Shown here one piece after another: positions 49,537 through 60,803 of a DNA stretch of 64,000 bases; positions within the stretch are counted from its first letter, which is position 1, and each line of letters opens with the position of its first letter. The DNA is from a virus, in IMG/VR virus record IMGVR_UViG_3300023174_000102, positions 34,311-98,310 of that record, one strand, 5' to 3'. The notes beneath the pieces were generated by a model. It searched no databases and was not told the origin of the DNA. It was given only the letters and a program-made list of their open reading frames with translations. The position numbers and the translations under genes were made by a program.

Positions 49537-49707
49537 AGTTCTATCTCAAAACTTGGTGCTGATCTTTGTGCTCTTTTCATATACCGTTTTGCAGACCAAA
49601 TTGCACCCCATTTGGTAAGTGCATACCATCCTACAGTTCCACTCTTGTCATTAATTCTCCAAAACCAACCCATGTATTCATTTGATTTGTAAACTGTTGC
49701 TTTCATT

Positions 49708-50075
49708 TTAAGCCTTTCTCAATTCTGCTTTTAGTTCTCGTCTAATAGTCTTCCAGTCATGCTCAGTGTAGTACCAACGATTAGCATTATTATTAGTAAT
49801 ATAATCTCTTACTTCTTCTGCAGTTCCCCAAAAAATTCCTTTAATGACATCTTCTTTTAATTCATTAAACTCTTCATCATTTTCACAGCCTTGCAGGACA
49901 TCACAGCCAGAACATGATCCATATCCAATAACAGTAAAGCCAAACTTTTCACCATTTTTTAGCAGGTATACATAATCACCCTGCCATTCTCCAATAATAT
50001 ATTCTTTAATAATTTCTCCCTGAGTAGCAACAATCCCATCATATCCCATAGGTGGTGAATAATATTCGTATTTCA
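49708..50075 (-). CDS. Hypothetical protein (GSCSGCD motif)
   Basis: 'WQGD...GYGSCSGCD'; start approximate. Confidence 0.6.
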
Positions 50076-50531
50076 TTACAAACTCCAACCTGATGATGGT
50101 GGTGGTAAATCTACTGGGGTTTCATAGTTGAACTGATACTGAGGTGGGTAACACCCAGCACAATTTGAACGCTTAAAAATGTGAAGGCATTGAAATACAG
50201 TAGGAAATGGTAATTCATTGTGTGTCATTATCTACTCTTTCTAAGTTATAAATACCTTGAAAAATTGCCCAGGTAATGGGAAATGCTAATAAAACTATAA
50301 AACTAATACCAAATACTGGCGAGATCAAAGCAGTAACTGCCACCCCCTTAAGCATTCCTTTTGTTAAATCTTTATCATGTATCATTTAAATAACTCCACT
50401 CCTATATACCACTTAAACAAGTATAGCCCAACTTCCCATTCATTGTCAATAGGGTAAGCCCAGTTATGTGCATAGAATCCAATAGAGTAACTTGCAACTT
50501 GTTTGCCACGATTAATTTTCATACAACTTCC

Positions 50532-50900
50532 TTAGTTGTCCAAGATGTCAAGAATTTTTTTAGCAATATAATGCTCTACTGGAGGATTTCCACGGTAGTC
50601 AGTATCTGCTAAACTCTTGGCAAGTTCTCTAATCTTTTCTAACTTCTGCTCTTCAGCAATACGCTTACGCCAATAAGCCTCAGTTGAATGTCCTTGTGGA
50701 CTCCAATCTTGAACCATAGCAATGTTACTTTGTGCTATTACAGTTCCATCTTCACACCAGTGATCTCTACCATATGGATATACCTTTAAACACTTATGGC
50801 ATGTATTAACATCTCCAGCAACTACGTTTAGTTTGTTATCTGCATTAAAGACTCCTGAATTAATTAAACCGTTAAATGTGTTTTCATCTTTATTTATCAT
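50532..50900 (-). CDS. Hypothetical protein
   Basis: 122-aa ORF. Confidence 0.5.
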   Translation of the reverse strand: MINKDENTFNGLINSGVFNADNKLNVVAGDVNTCHKCLKVYPYGRDHWCEDGTVIAQSNIAMVQDWSPQGHSTEAYWRKRIAEEQKLEKIRELAKSLADTDYRGNPPVEHYIAKKILDILDN

Positions 50901-51196
50901 TATGCTAACTCCTTTTCAATAGATCTGATAGTTGGGCAGGGATATTCTTGTGTAAAACCATTGCCTGAACAATCACTGCACTGCTCTGCATATAATGGAT
51001 TGTCTTCTCCGTCATAGCCTCCACTCCATTGCATAACAGGCTTATGTAATTCCACTACTGCAAGAAGTGCATTGCTTTGAAACCAATGTTGTCTTGCTGT
51101 ATTGATTGTTATATCACCGTTAATTACACCATGATTTAAATACTTAGTTATTTCGTGATCTGTTTGTACTTTTTTTAGTAGTTCATCATGTGTCAT
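50900..51196 (-). CDS. Hypothetical Zn-binding protein (MTHDELL family)
   Basis: 'AVVELH...CSDC...YPCPTI'. Confidence 0.6.
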   Translation of the reverse strand: MTHDELLKKVQTDHEITKYLNHGVINGDITINTARQHWFQSNALLAVVELHKPVMQWSGGYDGEDNPLYAEQCSDCSGNGFTQEYPCPTIRSIEKELA

Positions 51197-51413
51197 TATT
51201 TACCCTTTTCTGCAACTTTTCTATGATAAAAATTATGTATTTTTAAAAAATGTTCTTTGTCATTTTCAAACATATCGTAAGAATAACTTGATTCGCATAC
51301 CTTACAGTATAGCCAAACCTCTTCTCCCTGTTTTTTGACGGTAAACTCAAGTTCATCTTTTTTCTTACGCTTAGGCTTACCAATATTAAAACTAATAGAT
51401 TCAATAGAAGGTA

Positions 51414-51942
<529 letters not shown>

Positions 51943-51943
<1 letters not shown>

Positions 51944-52248
51944 TATAAATGCCCCTTAAAGTAATCGCATTCTTCACAATATTCATCACAGTCTCCGCAT
52001 TGATCACACCATAAAAATTCAACATTATGGTTATCGCATGTCTCCCAGTGGTAATCATGTCCATACTCTGAATACTTATGGATACATGCATTCATTGCAT
52101 CTTCCTTGGTATCAAAGCGGGGATCGTCAAGAGTAGCCTCTGGAATAATCTCTTCACCATCATCATCTACATCTGAAGCAAACCCCATAACATATGTAAA
52201 TCCACCTGCTGGATGTTTTCTAACTAAATAATAGTTGTCTGCACTCAT
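51943..52248 (-). CDS. Hypothetical acidic Cys-rich protein
   Basis: 101-aa ORF. Confidence 0.5.
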
Positions 52249-52787
52249 CTATAATTCCTTTCAATAATTAAATACCAATGTATAAAAGTAATGCTAAGAA
52301 ATCTTTCTCTTGGATAGAACTCAATTGCAAAACCCCAGCCATCACAGACACCATACTTTATCCAGCCCTTTGTAAAATATCTCATGCTCTTGCCGTTTTT
52401 TCAAGGTAGTGAATCACATCACAATCTATATCACAAAGATCTAAAGAGATAATATCTGCTACAATATCTGATCTAATTGAATTCATTATTGCTCGTGTTA
52501 GTTGCTCATCAATATCTAATTCAAGGTTAACATACTTAACCCATGGTTTGCGTAATGTATATGGACCTATTTTCATGTATTAATCATAGCACTAAGACCC
52601 TTAGTTACGCAAGTCTCAATGCTGTCTCCATACCTATGATTAAACATTTGACCAGTCTCCCAAGGAAAGTCATCTTCTGTAATTAAATAAGTATTGATAG
52701 AGTCAGGGTTTGTATCCCCTGAGACTCTTCCAATGGTGTAAGTTTTAATTAAAGTTTGGTTAACATAGATAGGAACATGGATAGGCA

Positions 52788-53189
52788 TTACTTGATGCTC
52801 TCAATGCATGTCATTACAGCCTTAGACCAATTCTTAGCCCCTGGATATTTCATATTCGCAGTTATACCACGATTGGCATGCTTATACCAAGTAATAACTA
52901 AACCATTTTTCTTGTACACAAAATTTGGTGGGCATCCATCTGGATGGGGACCCTCATATTCTTCCCATCCTGAATCACACCAGCAATAAGTACGCATCTC
53001 AAATACATCATTAATAAATTCTGGATCGCCAGAGTTTGATGTTAGAAGGTTTGAGTAGCCATACTTGCCATATTTATCTCCACGGTACTCAGCAATAACT
53101 TCTGCAATTAAATTAAGACCTTCTGTAGCCCAATTAGCATCATAAGTCTGTACGGGAGTATTGCTAAGTAGCATTTGTCCTAATTCCAT
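52788..53189 (-). CDS. Hypothetical protein
   Basis: 'YCWC...CPPNF...ITWYKH'; GGAGG SD before MELGQ. Confidence 0.55.
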   Translation of the reverse strand: MELGQMLLSNTPVQTYDANWATEGLNLIAEVIAEYRGDKYGKYGYSNLLTSNSGDPEFINDVFEMRTYCWCDSGWEEYEGPHPDGCPPNFVYKKNGLVITWYKHANRGITANMKYPGAKNWSKAVMTCIESIK

Positions 53190-53387
53190 TACCATCCTCC
53201 AAGACATTCGTTGCGTGTGTGAAATAATCTAATCTTTGTCATAATTTTGCGGGATGGAGCATAAAGCATCTCATTACAAGCACACTTATAAGACCATTCA
53301 CCAGTAAAGAAGTCATGAACATATCCTTTGGCATTAGAATACTTCTTGGCTACAAAGGTTTGGAAAGGATCAGGGATATCGTAATGC

Positions 53388-53618
53388 TTAAGCATCTCTC
53401 CTCCAGTGAAGATAAGATCTAATGTACACAGCACCATAGGCTACTGCTGCAAAGATAAAACCATATTGGTCCGTTACTAAAGCATAGGCTATCCACAAAC
53501 ACTCATTGAACAATAAAACAAACCATCCCCAAAGAGTTTTCTTGCCTACAAAGTAAATACCAGACACACCTATGCAGGCAAGTACCCAGTGTGCGTAATC
53601 AGTAATCCATTGAATCAT
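53388..53618 (-). CDS. PnuC-like half-size membrane protein
   Basis: Three TM segments, 'GW...NECLWIAYA...QYG'. Confidence 0.55.
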   Translation of the reverse strand: MIQWITDYAHWVLACIGVSGIYFVGKKTLWGWFVLLFNECLWIAYALVTDQYGFIFAAVAYGAVYIRSYLHWRRDA

Positions 53619-53638
53619 ATATTCAGTATACACCAAAG

Positions 53639-54163
53639 TCAGGGTTTGGTCAAGTCAAATGCTTTTGATAACAATTTTTTGTATGATTCATAACAATCTA
53701 AAATGTCTTCCATTTTAAAATGTTCCTTCTTGTATTCTGAAGAGGTTTTGCTTGATCTTAAGTATGTATTTTCTCTGTTGTCTGCTGTTACAGGCACATA
53801 AATGTCTAATGGATTTACTTGAAATTGAAGATCATTAGAAATTTTTAACAATACTTTTTCTGGAAACGCTATTAGGTCTTCATATTTAATAATAATACTT
53901 GCATTTTCATATAAAAAATTGTACATATCTTTGTACTCATTATTATATCTTTTGCTATATTCTTCATTTGGATGATAATGCCTTCTCATAGTAACATGAG
54001 AGTGAATTGATTCAAAAGGATCTCGTACAACAGTTATAATAAAGCGATCAGGGTTCTCAGGAATATGAAAATAGTTTATCTCTTGCCTGAAGTTATTTAG
54101 CAGTAGGTTTGATAAATAGTTTGCACCAGATCTAGGGTATGTGACAATTGCTATATCGGACAT
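53639..54163 (-). CDS. Sulfotransferase-like P-loop protein
   Basis: 'YPRSGANYL', 'VRDP..S..S', 'KYEDL'. Confidence 0.7.
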   Translation of the reverse strand: MSDIAIVTYPRSGANYLSNLLLNNFRQEINYFHIPENPDRFIITVVRDPFESIHSHVTMRRHYHPNEEYSKRYNNEYKDMYNFLYENASIIIKYEDLIAFPEKVLLKISNDLQFQVNPLDIYVPVTADNRENTYLRSSKTSSEYKKEHFKMEDILDCYESYKKLLSKAFDLTKP

Positions 54164-54305
54164 ATTACGATACAAGGCCCATGGAAAGATGATCTAAGCA
54201 AACATCTGCTACTACATAGTCGGCGTGGTTTACTACTATGTCGTAATGTGTTGCATCCTTATCACAAAAAAAACATTTAGACTTTTTCATTTAATTATTA
54301 TACCA

Positions 54306-55733
54306 TCAAACAAAATCAAACCAGATTGGCATTATATATCTTGAACCATTTGCTGGTCCTACATGATACCAATAGTGAGGATTTCCAGGGAATATAACCA
54401 AATCACCAGCCTTTGGCTTAAGTGATAATCCCTGATTAATAAATGACAAACCTCCACCATCATAATCATCATTTAAATAAACCCAACCTGCCATATGATT
54501 TGAGTCTTTGTGACCCATGTCATCTATTGGTATAGTTGGACTATTATTATGAACCCATTGAGCAAAACGAGAATTTCTTGGCTTTAGTTTTACACCAAAT
54601 TCTTTTTCTACGATAGACTGAATACCAGGTATATATTTTTCTGAATAGGTAAGTGAATCATAATACAATAAGGATAGCGTAGGATTTCCAAAACTGTCTG
54701 GTTGCAAAGGACGATTATTGCTTGTTTCTGTACTATTTATAAGTCCTATAATATGTTCACACTCTTCTTTGCTTAGATAATTCTCAAACACTTTTATGTT
54801 GTTAGGATTACTTCCAATATTATTAAAGTTTTGTACTGTTAGGTCAGAATAACCAATGACATTTCCTTCAGGCACCACAATATCATTAAAGTTTTTTACC
54901 ATATCCAACAACTTGCTAATATCTTCTTGATCAGTATGAATCATAAAATCATAAATTCCAAATTGCTGAGATAGATTTCTTATTTGTGCAACAACATCAA
55001 CCAATTTTCCCTTTATTAAATGATTCTGCTGTCTAACTGGGGCATTCTTGTCATACTTAACATGCTTTTCATCGTCTGGATGGGTCGTAATAAGTGGGTC
55101 AATAATAACTATTGGCTTTACCTTATCTAGATCAATCTTTTTAAACTGGTCTCTAAACAATAGATTATCATCAACATAAATATATTCACAATGTTTGTTT
55201 GCTATTCCAATTGTTGTATCTGACGAGCCAACAACTGCCATATGGGTTTTGTGCTGATGAGCATCCATCAAATCCATAAACTTGTCCATCCAAACTGCAG
55301 AGATAGCAACTCTTTTTGCAAGAGTATCGATAAGTGATGGGTCGTGCATGTAATGATCTATAACTATTTTCTCAGACTTATCGTTTCCTTCATCTCCCCA
55401 TCTTCCAGAAACAAGGTTTACACCAATTCTTCCAGGTGCAAACTTATTTAAGGTATCAACAATCTTAGCAGCATAGTCAGGACTTGTTCCGTATGCTGGT
55501 AGTGCAATTGTCATTATTAGTTGATTTGTTTTTTCTAATGCCTCTTTTATAACTAATGAAAAATCAATACCTCCTGGGCCGTATGGAAGCAAAACAGATT
55601 TCACATTGGCTCCATCTAATTCTTGTGCCATGCCAAGAATTCCCTGAAGGTCTAGGTTTTCAATGCTGTCGTTTATCTGCCAGTGTCTTCTCCACATCCA
55701 GTGAAATGTTATAGGCTTATTGTTATTTTCCAT
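54306..55733 (-). CDS. Luciferase-like monooxygenase fused to a P4H-like 2OG-Fe(II) domain
   Basis: N-terminal 'TLNKFAPGRIGVNLVSG'; C-terminal 'YLNDDYDGG...KPKAGDLVIFP...H.V...RY'. Confidence 0.7.
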   Translation of the reverse strand: MENNNKPITFHWMWRRHWQINDSIENLDLQGILGMAQELDGANVKSVLLPYGPGGIDFSLVIKEALEKTNQLIMTIALPAYGTSPDYAAKIVDTLNKFAPGRIGVNLVSGRWGDEGNDKSEKIVIDHYMHDPSLIDTLAKRVAISAVWMDKFMDLMDAHQHKTHMAVVGSSDTTIGIANKHCEYIYVDDNLLFRDQFKKIDLDKVKPIVIIDPLITTHPDDEKHVKYDKNAPVRQQNHLIKGKLVDVVAQIRNLSQQFGIYDFMIHTDQEDISKLLDMVKNFNDIVVPEGNVIGYSDLTVQNFNNIGSNPNNIKVFENYLSKEECEHIIGLINSTETSNNRPLQPDSFGNPTLSLLYYDSLTYSEKYIPGIQSIVEKEFGVKLKPRNSRFAQWVHNNSPTIPIDDMGHKDSNHMAGWVYLNDDYDGGGLSFINQGLSLKPKAGDLVIFPGNPHYWYHVGPANGSRYIMPIWFDFV

Positions 55734-55977
55734 TGTTATTTATTCTTCCTTTAGTTTTAAACCAAGAACCTATCTTTGAATAGGAAACTTTGCTTCTTAG
55801 TATTTCTGCAAAACTTTCATGTGATATTTCTGAACCAAGGTATTCTTGTCCTGTTTCAAGATCAATTAACTTCCACTTACCTGGTGCTTTTGTATGTAGT
55901 ATTAGATCAATTGGATGGTCGTAATCATTAACCTCAGAACCATCTAGCAGTTTTCTTTTTTTTATTTCATCGTTCAT
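55723..55977 (-). CDS. Hypothetical protein
   Basis: 'RKLLDG...HTKAPGKWKLIDLETGQEY'. Confidence 0.55.
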   Translation of the reverse strand: MNDEIKKRKLLDGSEVNDYDHPIDLILHTKAPGKWKLIDLETGQEYLGSEISHESFAEILRSKVSYSKIGSWFKTKGRINNNGK

Positions 55978-55979
55978 TT

Positions 55980-56594
55980 TTACACTACCGTAAACCAAAT
56001 AGGCAAGGTGTATCTGTCTCCAGATAAAATCTTTGTAACTTCATGAGCGTAATGCATATTTCCAGGGAATATAACTAAATCGCCAGTCTTTGGTTTAATA
56101 GAAAGATTGTGCGTTTCAAATTTAATCTCTCCACCCTCATAGTTATCATTTAAATAAATAATAATTGGCAAGTGATTCTCTGTTACATAACCAAGGTCAT
56201 CTACATGAGTATTTAAATAAGATCCAGTCTCCCAGTGAACAACACCCAAAAAGTCTTCTTTTTCTGCTATCTTGATATCCCCTAGTTTATATGCTTTTTC
56301 AATTTCATCTTTAACTCTACTTATAAGGTTATACTTATCAGGTAGACCATCATACTTATGCATATAGGTTAATGGTTCTCCATTAGGACCTTTTTGAGAA
56401 ACAAAACGATGAGAGGCTCTTTCTTCTAGTCCTTCCATCAAATAAGATATTTCCTCTTCTTTTAAGAAATTAGAAATAGTCACAATGTTTTTTGTAGAGT
56501 TGCCCAGTTTATTTAAAAATTTATGATACGACTCAGTTCTTTCAATTGCTTCAGGATTATTGCCGACGGGCTTGTTATTTATCATGTATGCCAT
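55980..56594 (-). CDS. P4H-like 2OG-Fe(II) oxygenase
   Basis: 'HVD...YLNDNYEGGE...HEV...RY'. Confidence 0.88.
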   Translation of the reverse strand: MAYMINNKPVGNNPEAIERTESYHKFLNKLGNSTKNIVTISNFLKEEEISYLMEGLEERASHRFVSQKGPNGEPLTYMHKYDGLPDKYNLISRVKDEIEKAYKLGDIKIAEKEDFLGVVHWETGSYLNTHVDDLGYVTENHLPIIIYLNDNYEGGEIKFETHNLSIKPKTGDLVIFPGNMHYAHEVTKILSGDRYTLPIWFTVV

Positions 56595-56656
56595 ATAACC
56601 ATTATACACTATAACCTGATCTACTAAGTTGGCATGACTATAGCCTTGGATTAATG

Positions 56657-57235
56657 CTATATTGCCTTTTCTAAGAAACTATTGTAAATTTCGTAAGTCC
56701 TTGAAAGATCTTGTTCTTTTACTATCTCCCTTATTTTTTCATATTCTTTGATATTTTTACTAGATACTACATGGTTTCTATATGGCTTATCTACCAAATT
56801 ACTTTTATATCTATCTTCAATTATATCAATTGACATTTTTTCTGCTATTTTTTTTACTGTTTCAAATGGAGAATTTATTAAAGATTCATACTTTACTATA
56901 ATGTCAAAATTATCAACGATATCCATATCATTTTGAGTAAACCAATCAGAAAAGCAGTACTTCCTGGGTTCAGATAAAAAATCTTCAATACTGCCATTTT
57001 TATAATAAATAGCATCCATAGCAACATAAGAAGACAAAAAGTCTACTGGATCTCTTACTATCGTTATCATTTTATTATTCTGTAACTCATGACTTTTTTT
57101 AACATATATCCCTGTATGCTGCTCAATCCTATTCTGAAGATAGTGAGACCCTGATCTTGGAATTGTGACAATGGAGTACTCTGAGGTTGGTTTCTTGATC
57201 TTCGTGTTTGGCTTATAGTCGTCAAGGTTATCCAT
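56657..57235 (-). CDS. Sulfotransferase-like P-loop protein
   Basis: 'IPRSGSHYL', 'VRDP...SS', 'KYESL'. Confidence 0.7.
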   Translation of the reverse strand: MDNLDDYKPNTKIKKPTSEYSIVTIPRSGSHYLQNRIEQHTGIYVKKSHELQNNKMITIVRDPVDFLSSYVAMDAIYYKNGSIEDFLSEPRKYCFSDWFTQNDMDIVDNFDIIVKYESLINSPFETVKKIAEKMSIDIIEDRYKSNLVDKPYRNHVVSSKNIKEYEKIREIVKEQDLSRTYEIYNSFLEKAI

Positions 57236-57337
57236 TATTTAATTATACCATTCGGCGAAAAGTTGTAAAGTCTTTAAAGTTCGGCGCAAAATAGAAGTAA
57301 TAAACCTCCCTATGCCCTAAAAGGGCAATAGTGGTTA

Positions 57338-57784
57338 CTATCCTTCATTTGCCCATTTCCTTAAATTGCACAAACCATGTGCTGGTCTAACATTTTCCAA
57401 TGTGTCTGAGCCACCCTTTGCAATAGGAACAACATGGTCAATATGCAAACCTTGCTCCCAACCATTGACCCCACATTTTCGGGGAGCCATAAAATCAATC
57501 TCTAAACCACATATATAACAATCAATCCCATAAACAGATATAACCTGGAGTTCGTTATAGTCGTTCGTAATCTTTGCTCTGCGTCTTCTGTTTTTAGATC
57601 GTTCTCTATCTCTTACCTTATCAAGGTTTGAAGCACGATATTTGGCTGTCACAGAACGGCGATTATTTTTGGCATATCGTAATCTATTATAGACACTGGA
57701 CGCTTTCAAACACTCAACACATGGTTTAGTCTTATGGTTATGGTGTTTGCGATAGCCAGCATAGGTTCCACAGTTAGGATACAT
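57338..57784 (-). CDS. HNH endonuclease
   Basis: 'CYIC...IDHVVPIAKGG....NVRPAH..CN..K'. Confidence 0.88.
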   Translation of the reverse strand: MYPNCGTYAGYRKHHNHKTKPCVECLKASSVYNRLRYAKNNRRSVTAKYRASNLDKVRDRERSKNRRRRAKITNDYNELQVISVYGIDCYICGLEIDFMAPRKCGVNGWEQGLHIDHVVPIAKGGSDTLENVRPAHGLCNLRKWANEG

Positions 57785-58013
57785 CAGGGTTTGACCAAAC
57801 CTCAAAGCACTTGCTACATTGAATGCCTACATCACGCATATACCATTTATGGTCACATTCACCAATGACTGTATGGTCTTGCCATCCCTTATTTCGTTGC
57901 TGTATCTTAAACTTTCCATTAGGGTCATGGACATGGCACAAACCATTTTTGCGAAAATCCTCAACATCTATGCTGCAAGGGGTTTTCTTTTTGGTAAGGG
58001 CTTTACATCTCAT
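57774..58013 (-). CDS. Small Zn-finger protein
   Basis: 'RCKALTK...C...LCHVH'. Confidence 0.55.
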   Translation of the reverse strand: MRCKALTKKKTPCSIDVEDFRKNGLCHVHDPNGKFKIQQRNKGWQDHTVIGECDHKWYMRDVGIQCSKCFEVWSNPDVS

Positions 58014-58329
58014 AAACCAAGTATCTCAGATTTTGCGGGGGATGTCAAGAAAGGATCATAATCCCTAGTACTACAATACCTTATAGCACTTAGGGCAAGA
58101 CTTTGTAGGGTTCTTGGTTTGATAGGGTACTTGGAACATAACCCCACAGTCAAAGCATAGGACATCAAGCATTGTTGCTCCTATGGTATCTGGCATAGCA
58201 GGATACACAGTATGTGCCAGAGGTAGTTACTTGGGTTGCGTTGGTATTTCCACATATGGAGCATGTAAGTCCAGTCATGGTTTAATTATACCTTATCTCA
58301 CGAAAGAGTGGATACCGTCGGTTTTATGG

Positions 58330-58864
58330 TTATCCACAGGCTATGCAGTAGAATGGAACTCTGAAGTTATCTCTATTTGTATAGATGGTTTGAGAGCATC
58401 CTGAACATTTGATATGGCCCATAGTGGGATCTTTGTCTACCATTTTAATTGTGAGACTTTTTGTATAGTATACCTTTGTGGCATACCAGGTTAGTGCTAT
58501 AGCGATTATTGTTGTCATATGTCTATGATAGCACATCAAGATGAACAGTTATCCACATGTAAGTAAGCATTAAAAATGAACTTATCCACAAGTTTATCCA
58601 CAGATTAATCTTACTGATTATTTAAATAAATAGTCTAGAAGTGGAGCAAAGTGGAGGATAGTGGGTTAGTGAGCACTTTTAAAGAGGGCGTCGTAATCCC
58701 TGGCGGGTTTTGCAGGCTATCACAAAACCTTCAAACCCCAAACCTTCAAACCCCAAACCTTCAAACCTCAAACCCCGATTTTGGATGATACCACAGATAT
58801 AATGGTTTGTCAAACCTTAAAACCATATAAAAAAATCCACAAATCTGGGGAAAAATGTGGATAA
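58330..58864. promoter_or_regulatory. Cluster of five perfect DnaA boxes (putative origin)
   Basis: TTATCCACA at 58330, 58549, 58582, 58594; TGTGGATAA at 58856. Confidence 0.7.
58725..58776. repeat. 15-bp tandem repeat AAACCTTCAAACCCC x~3.5
   Basis: Read directly. Confidence 0.9.
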
Positions 58865-59216
58865 TCGTAATGTTTTATTTTAAAAAGATTTAAAAATATT
58901 TAGAAACCAGGATATATGGTTTGTTATTACCATAGGGTTAATTGTGTGTACTTTAACTCTTTATCCCCTGGGATTTCGCCCTCTGAGAAGTGTCCTGACT
59001 TTGCCTCTTCATCTGACCCCTGCAAAAAATCGGGGGTAAAAGAAAAGAAATGAGACAAACCTATAGCATGAGTAACAGTAACAAAAGAATTCCACATGTT
59101 ATCAGAGAAGGCTTTATATCCTTTTGGATCTCTTTTAGCATAATCTGCAAAATGGCTTTTAGGACTCATAATACAATTATAACATGGTTTGACAAACCTG
59201 GTTTGATATGATATAA

Positions 59217-59283
59217 GGTTTGGGGAAAATAAAGTTTGGTTCGTAATGTCCTGGTTTGGGGAAATTATGGTTTGGTTCGTAAT
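59217..59283. repeat. 31-bp imperfect direct repeat x2
   Basis: GGTTTGGGGAAAATAAAGTTTGGTTCGTAAT / GGTTTGGGGAAATTATGGTTTGGTTCGTAAT. Confidence 0.85.
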
Positions 59284-59346
59284 AAGGTTTGATGGTTTGA
59301 AATAGGCACCGCCCCGTTCCAGCCCCGCAGGGCCAGAATGGAAAGC

Positions 59347-59610
59347 CTAGTCCTCGTCGCCCATTAAGTCATCAAGTGTTTCAAACCCTGTATCCTCAAC
59401 ATCCAAACCTTCAAGCAACAAATCAAATGTTTCGTTTATGTATTGCTCTAGTGTTGGTGTGTGGTTAATGATACCCTCGGCAAATGCAAAAGCAAGTGGC
59501 AAGCCTAAGTCATTGTATTCAAAGAAGTCTGACATTTCGTCATCTCCTTTGTAGTGAATCCATAACTGTCCTAAGATTAGTGCCTTGTTCTCAAAGGTTG
59601 TTGTAAGCAT
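59347..59610 (-). CDS. Hypothetical acidic protein
   Basis: 87 aa, GGAAGG SD. Confidence 0.55.
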   Translation of the reverse strand: MLTTTFENKALILGQLWIHYKGDDEMSDFFEYNDLGLPLAFAFAEGIINHTPTLEQYINETFDLLLEGLDVEDTGFETLDDLMGDED

Positions 59611-59797
59611 AATTAGTACCTTCCTTAGTTTCTTTGGCTGACTCTGCTATTACCTGTAAACGATTATACACTACATGGGGTTGGGATTTTGCCAAGTATT
59701 CCCCGACTAATTCCAAATCTACACGCAGGTCAGATACCATGTTGCCTAACTTCATGGCAACCTTTTCTTCCTCTGTTGTTCTACGACTTACACGCAT
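59591..59797 (-). CDS. Hypothetical protein
   Basis: 68 aa, GGGAG SD. Confidence 0.55.
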   Translation of the reverse strand: MRVSRRTTEEEKVAMKLGNMVSDLRVDLELVGEYLAKSQPHVVYNRLQVIAESAKETKEGTNYAYNNL

Positions 59798-59890
59798 AGT
59801 TCTCCCTTGTATTCATTGTATCAAAAAGTGGGGGAAAGAGCAAGCCCCACGCCTGCCCCTTCCACCCTATTAATCTAGGTGACCCAATAC

Positions 59891-60256
59891 CTAGATCTGA
59901 TCAACTAAACTTGGTGCGTATGCTGCTACAAATGAAGCCCAGTTTACTTTAACATCTGAGCCGTGCTCGTATACAGTTTTATGTAGTAGGTCGACAATGA
60001 CTGTCATGTCTCCTAGTTCGTAGTTAGGACCGTTGACTGCATAGATACCAAACCCTGTCTCCTCTAGCACGGAATCCTGAATAAGATAACTAATCATCAT
60101 ACGTGTAGCATATGAGTCATCTGACCACCTAGGCTTTGAATGCTCCAGGGCCATTGCTAGGTCCCGTTGCCATTCTGTCTCACCCCAGTGGCTGTAGAGT
60201 ACTACTGCAGGATGTGCGTCTGAGTCTTTAAATACGTAGTTAATACGGGCTCCCAT
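59891..60256 (-). CDS. Hypothetical phage protein
   Basis: 'MGAR...LYSHWG...RWSD.SY..R'. Confidence 0.6.
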   Translation of the reverse strand: MGARINYVFKDSDAHPAVVLYSHWGETEWQRDLAMALEHSKPRWSDDSYATRMMISYLIQDSVLEETGFGIYAVNGPNYELGDMTVIVDLLHKTVYEHGSDVKVNWASFVAAYAPSLVDQI

Positions 60257-60440
60257 TATGATAACTCCTCTTCCTCTTCAATGTCTGTGATTTCTAGTGG
60301 GTACCAATCGAATGCATATTCCTCAACATCCTCATTGAGTTCAATACGATTCACTTCTTCAATGGCTTCTTCTTCAGATTCGGCCTCAAAGTTAAATTCA
60401 TAGATAGTTTCTCTTTTGGCTATGATTGTGTATAGTGGCA

Positions 60441-60803
60441 TTACTTCTCCTCGCATTGGTGGGGTTCATCTTCTTCAATTATCTCATCGCATAGTTCACA
60501 TGTCAAGTCAGGCTCTGCAACCATTATCTGAATATTTGTATCAGGTGGGCACGGCACATCTGTGATGAAGTATCCTAGTCTATTTACAAATCCCCAGCCA
60601 GACCAGATGTATAGGCCACCGTCGTCTCCGTCTCCAAACATCCAAATTTTGTCAGGGGATTGAGACTTAACAAACTCTACCTCACTACCATAGGTCTCAA
60701 ACATAAGACCGTCAAAGGAGGCATTAGTATCAAGATGATTATCGATAGGCTTGTAAGTGGCTTCCCACTCTTCCATAGTAAGTTCAATAAAATTATTTGG
60801 CAT
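60441..60803 (-). CDS. Hypothetical phage protein
   Basis: 'FETYG.E...G.GFVNRLGYFIT..P'. Confidence 0.6.
   Translation of the reverse strand: MPNNFIELTMEEWEATYKPIDNHLDTNASFDGLMFETYGSEVEFVKSQSPDKIWMFGDGDDGGLYIWSGWGFVNRLGYFITDVPCPPDTNIQIMVAEPDLTCELCDEIIEEDEPHQCEEK

Noticed and set aside
56627-56645. AGTTGGCATGACTATAGCC as a seventh pseudoknot copy
   Set aside because: Lacks the CT and AAAC loops and is on the non-transcribed strand
58725-59283. Repeats as a CRISPR array
   Set aside because: Tandem or two-copy repeats with no unique spacers of regular length
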